From NCBI RefSeq assembly GCF_014762765.1, contig NZ_JABURH010000100.1, positions 454 to 64,453 of the forward strand: 64,000 nt of DNA, read 5' to 3'. Shown piece after piece: positions 60,435 through 64,000 of the stretch (positions are counted from its first letter, which is position 1; the number at the start of each line of letters is the position of its first letter). The translations under genes and the position numbers were made by a program. This DNA is from Alcanivorax sp. Its GTDB lineage: Bacteria > Pseudomonadota > Gammaproteobacteria > Pseudomonadales > Alcanivoracaceae. The notes beneath the pieces were generated by a model. It saw only the letters and a list, made by a program, of their open reading frames with translations. It had not been told where the DNA came from and searched no databases.

Positions 60435-62347
60435 CACAGCTGCGGCGAAAACGGTGGCTGGTCGCGGCGTGCCTTGCCACTCTGTTATCTCCAGCCCAGG
60501 CGGCAAAAGTCGAATTTTTCGATGACATCAACCAAGGCCCGATTCCTCTCGGTGTGGAGGAACACCGCTATCTGGCTTTTGGTGAAGTCATGTTCGACTA
60601 CTATCGCCATGCCAATTTTAATGCCATCAACAAGCTGCTGGTCAATCAGGAGCAGGCGCTATTCAACGAGGATACCGACTACGCCGAGCTGCTGCTTGGC
60701 GACCTCTATGTCACCTACGGGCTGCCGGGCAAGGCAGAGGTAATCTTCAACCGCCTGCTGGAAAAGGACATTCTTAGCCGTACCCGGGCCCAGACCTGGC
60801 TGCATAAGGCCGCTCTGCACTATCGCGAAGGTAATCTGGCGGAAGCCGCCATGATTCTTGACGGCGACAACGTGGAGGGCCTCGATCCCGCGGACGACGC
60901 CAGGCGGCGTCTGATGCTGGCCAATATCTTCATGACAGAAGGGGATTTCGCTGGCGCGCTGGACTACCTGCACTCTGTTCCCGTGAACACTGACGAAGGG
61001 CGCTACGCCACCTACAACATGGGTGTCGCGTTGATTCGTGGCGGCCATCGGGCTCAGGGTGTTGCCCTTCTCAAATCCCTGCTGGAAGCCGGTGGCAGCT
61101 CAGATCAGGCTCTCGCCCTGCGTGACCGGGCCGCTCTGGCCTCCGGCCTGACCGAATTGCGCGAAGGCAACTTGCAAAGCGCCCGTGCCGACCTGCGCCA
61201 AGTACGTAGCGATGGCCCCTTTTCTGAAGACGCACTGCTGGCGCTGGGCCTGGCGAACTATCGGGCAGGGGATGTAAAACGCGCCCTGCCGTTGTGGCTT
61301 GAAGCCGTTCGTCGTAACAGCAGCCATCCGTCAGTACAGGAAGCACTCATGCTTGCCCCCCGGGCCTATGAGGAACTGGGCGGCCTGCCCCAGGCTCTGG
61401 CCGGCTACCAGTATGCCGCTACAGAATACCGGCAGGCACTGAAGGATATCCAGCGGGCTATCGACAACATCGCCAAGCCGGGCTGGTCAGAAGCGCTGTT
61501 GCCTGAAGACAGCAACCAGGCCGGTCTGCTACCCGCCAACAGCAATGATCTGGCTCAGGGCAGCGAGCTCTCCTATCTCTACAAGATGTTTTCCGGCAAT
61601 ACCTTCGCCCAACGCTTCGAGCACTACCGGCAGATACACCAGATCAAGAGCATGGTGAAAAAATGGCAACAATCACTGCCCGCACTTGAGGAAACCTACC
61701 AGATCCAACAGCAAAGCCTGAGTCGCCACCTTCCCCATGTGCGAGGTGAAATGACTCGTCACATGAGTCGTCAGGAACAGCTTGCCCTTTCCAGCGACAA
61801 GGTATCCTCCGCCATTCCCAATTTTGTCGACATGAGCAAGCCGGAAGACGTTGCCAGTGCCGAACAGGCCATCATGTGGAAAAAAGTGGATGCCATGGCT
61901 CGCCAGTTCGGTTCCCTGCCCGGCTCTACCCATGACAATGCTCTACGTCTGCGCCGCATGCGTGGCCTGCTATTGTGGGATATTGCCCACCAGTCGATAG
62001 AACAACGGGAAAAACAGGAGCAAGCTGCTACTCAATTACGAGTAGAAAGCGGTGTTCTGGGCGAGCGAATCGCTGCCGTTCAACAGCAGATCCGTGATGC
62101 CACCCTGCGCACCCGGGACGACCTTGGCCAACGCTTGGCCGAACAGACTCAGCGAATTGAAAAAATAAAGCGTCTTACCGAAGACACGCTTGAGGCTCTG
62201 GAAAAGAGCATGCAGGCCGATGCCCTTGCGCTTTTGCTGGCCAACCAGCAAACGCTGGCTGATCAGCTGGCCGAAGCTCACCTGGCCATTGCCCGCCTGC
62301 AGGACTCTTCGGTATCAGACGGCAGCAAACAGAGGAACGAATCGTGA
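60431..62347 (+). CDS. exported TPR/coiled-coil protein
   Basis: Signal peptide MTQLRRKRWLVAACLATLLSPAQA, TPR-like helical repeats and a C-terminal coiled coil. Confidence 0.75.
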   Translation: MTQLRRKRWLVAACLATLLSPAQAAKVEFFDDINQGPIPLGVEEHRYLAFGEVMFDYYRHANFNAINKLLVNQEQALFNEDTDYAELLLGDLYVTYGLPGKAEVIFNRLLEKDILSRTRAQTWLHKAALHYREGNLAEAAMILDGDNVEGLDPADDARRRLMLANIFMTEGDFAGALDYLHSVPVNTDEGRYATYNMGVALIRGGHRAQGVALLKSLLEAGGSSDQALALRDRAALASGLTELREGNLQSARADLRQVRSDGPFSEDALLALGLANYRAGDVKRALPLWLEAVRRNSSHPSVQEALMLAPRAYEELGGLPQALAGYQYAATEYRQALKDIQRAIDNIAKPGWSEALLPEDSNQAGLLPANSNDLAQGSELSYLYKMFSGNTFAQRFEHYRQIHQIKSMVKKWQQSLPALEETYQIQQQSLSRHLPHVRGEMTRHMSRQEQLALSSDKVSSAIPNFVDMSKPEDVASAEQAIMWKKVDAMARQFGSLPGSTHDNALRLRRMRGLLLWDIAHQSIEQREKQEQAATQLRVESGVLGERIAAVQQQIRDATLRTRDDLGQRLAEQTQRIEKIKRLTEDTLEALEKSMQADALALLLANQQTLADQLAEAHLAIARLQDSSVSDGSKQRNES

Positions 62348-64000
62348 ACCGATTTCGCCTGCATGGCCTTGCCGCCGCAATCATTGCCCTTGGCGGCTGT
62401 GCGTCTTCGCCACAGAACGGCACCCTGGAGCAACAGGCCCGCTTCGGGGGAACCACCCTGGCGGATCTGGAAAGCACCGACATCATCATCGAAGAACAGC
62501 AACTGGAGAGCGCCAGTACTCAGGATGCCTTGAATAGCTACAGGCAGGCCGCCGAATTATTTGATGATCCAGAACGTCGCGCCAAAACCCTTCGTCGCAT
62601 GGCCGACCTTGCCCTCTCTTCCGCCACCGAACAGGAAATGGGCATTGATGACGCAGACAACGAGCGTCTCGAACAAAGAGTCGACAAGGTCGTCTACGAC
62701 AACACCATGGAACAGGTGAACACCACCCCGGATACCGAGCGCAAACTGGCACTGCTGGATCTGGCCGGCACCATGGCGCCCTCATTGGCCGACCAGGACG
62801 TGGACTACAACACTGCCATTTCCCTGTATCAGGAACTGCTGGACAGTACCACTGACCCGGACCAGCGCGCCGAAGCCTATTATCTGCTGTCCAAGGCCTA
62901 TGCCATGGATGGCAATCTGGAACAGGCCCGTGCCAGCCTGGATTCCCTGGTCGAACAATATCCGGACAGTGAATGGGCACTGGAATCCCAGTTCCGCCGG
63001 GGCGAAATGCTGTTCTCAGACGGCGATTATGAATATGCCGAGCGAGCCTATGCAGACGTCATCAAACGCGGCACCAACAATGAATTCTATAACCAGGCGC
63101 TCTACAAACGCGGCTGGAGTCATTACAAACTGGGCGACTACGAACAGGCTCAGGGCAGTTTCTTTACTCTGCTGGATAATCTGAACGGCGCCAGTGAGCT
63201 CGATGATGACACCAGTATGGAAAACAAACTGTTCGCTGATACCCAGCGCGTGGTGAGCTTGGCATTCAGTAATCTGGATGGCCCACAGTCGGTGAAGAAG
63301 TGGTTTTCCCGCAACGGCAAGCGGGATTATGAACCGGACATCTACCGTTCCCTGGGTCAGGTCTACCTGAGCCAGGAACGTTTCCGGGATGCGGCAGAAG
63401 CCTTCGACATGTTTGTTCAGGTCTACCCGGATTCCACCCTGGCACCAGAGTTTTCCAGCCTGCAGATCGATGCCTACCAGAAAGGTGGCTTCCCCACCCT
63501 GGTATTGCCTGCCAAGGAAAAATTTATCCAGCACTACGGCATAAACAGCGACTATTGGGGTCGTCACCCCGACATTCGTGAAGAGTATGTATCGCTGCTC
63601 AAGGGACACATCCTCGATCTGGCCGAATACCACCATGTGCTCGCCCAGAAATCCGGCAAGCCGTCGGATTACCGCGACCCGGCGCGCTGGTACCAGGAAT
63701 ATCTGGATACTCCGCCAGCCAGCGAAGACCAGCCCAAGGTCAATCACCGCTATGCGGAAGTCCTTTACGCTGCTGAAGATTACCCGGCTGCCATTAGCGA
63801 ATTCGAACGCACCGCCTATCAATACCAGGATTACGAGAAAGGCGGTGATGCCGCCTTCAATGCCCTGGTGGCCTATCAGCAGATTCTTGACAGCAGCCCG
63901 GATGCGGAACAGGAAAGCACCTGGCGGACAAAGAAGATCGCCAGCGCCCAGCAATACGGACAACGCTTCCCTGCACATCCGGAAGTCCCCAATGTGCTGC
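62344..64000 (+). CDS. large TPR lipoprotein, truncated by the window end
   Basis: GTG overlaps the previous stop. MNRFRLHGLAAAIIALGGC lipobox and TPRs such as ALYKRGWSHYKLGDYEQA. Absent from the ORF track, consistent with no in-frame stop before the edge. Confidence 0.8.
   Translation, partial: MNRFRLHGLAAAIIALGGCASSPQNGTLEQQARFGGTTLADLESTDIIIEEQQLESASTQDALNSYRQAAELFDDPERRAKTLRRMADLALSSATEQEMGIDDADNERLEQRVDKVVYDNTMEQVNTTPDTERKLALLDLAGTMAPSLADQDVDYNTAISLYQELLDSTTDPDQRAEAYYLLSKAYAMDGNLEQARASLDSLVEQYPDSEWALESQFRRGEMLFSDGDYEYAERAYADVIKRGTNNEFYNQALYKRGWSHYKLGDYEQAQGSFFTLLDNLNGASELDDDTSMENKLFADTQRVVSLAFSNLDGPQSVKKWFSRNGKRDYEPDIYRSLGQVYLSQERFRDAAEAFDMFVQVYPDSTLAPEFSSLQIDAYQKGGFPTLVLPAKEKFIQHYGINSDYWGRHPDIREEYVSLLKGHILDLAEYHHVLAQKSGKPSDYRDPARWYQEYLDTPPASEDQPKVNHRYAEVLYAAEDYPAAISEFERTAYQYQDYEKGGDAAFNALVAYQQILDSSPDAEQESTWRTKKIASAQQYGQRFPAHPEVPNVL

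Overview
GC-rich gammaproteobacterial chromosomal segment. Gene content suggests Alcanivorax/Oceanospirillales; this is inference, not a database result. It holds about 60 densely packed, mostly intact housekeeping and metabolic genes: roxA operon, glcB, ttcA, a paired acyl-CoA dehydrogenase, modABC, trhO-bolA, mdh, rraA, a hybrid sensor kinase, an MMPL transporter, liuRABCD plus acetoacetate-CoA ligase, djlA, hyi, a cytochrome c-FTR1 fusion, alaA, htpX and pdxB. It ends in the first three genes of an exported TPR-protein operon that runs off the window. I found no tRNA, rRNA, CRISPR array, integrase, transposase or reverse transcriptase. The most unusual signal is non-coding. The intergenic spaces carry at least four distinct classes of short palindromic or periodic elements: GTAG-type REP/REPIN-like doublets with covarying hairpins, 9-nt-period CACAGAG palindromes (3 copies), 7-nt-period CGAG palindromes (2 copies), and other heptamer arrays. 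Every junction between the liuA-liuB-liuC-liuD-ligase genes carries a different one. Other leads are a ~218-nt candidate structured RNA, an Omp85-family/exported-protein pair, a probable Glt-like envelope cluster, a probable heteromeric acyl-CoA dehydrogenase and an orphan Lgt-like protein. All family assignments come from motif recognition by eye; no searches were run.
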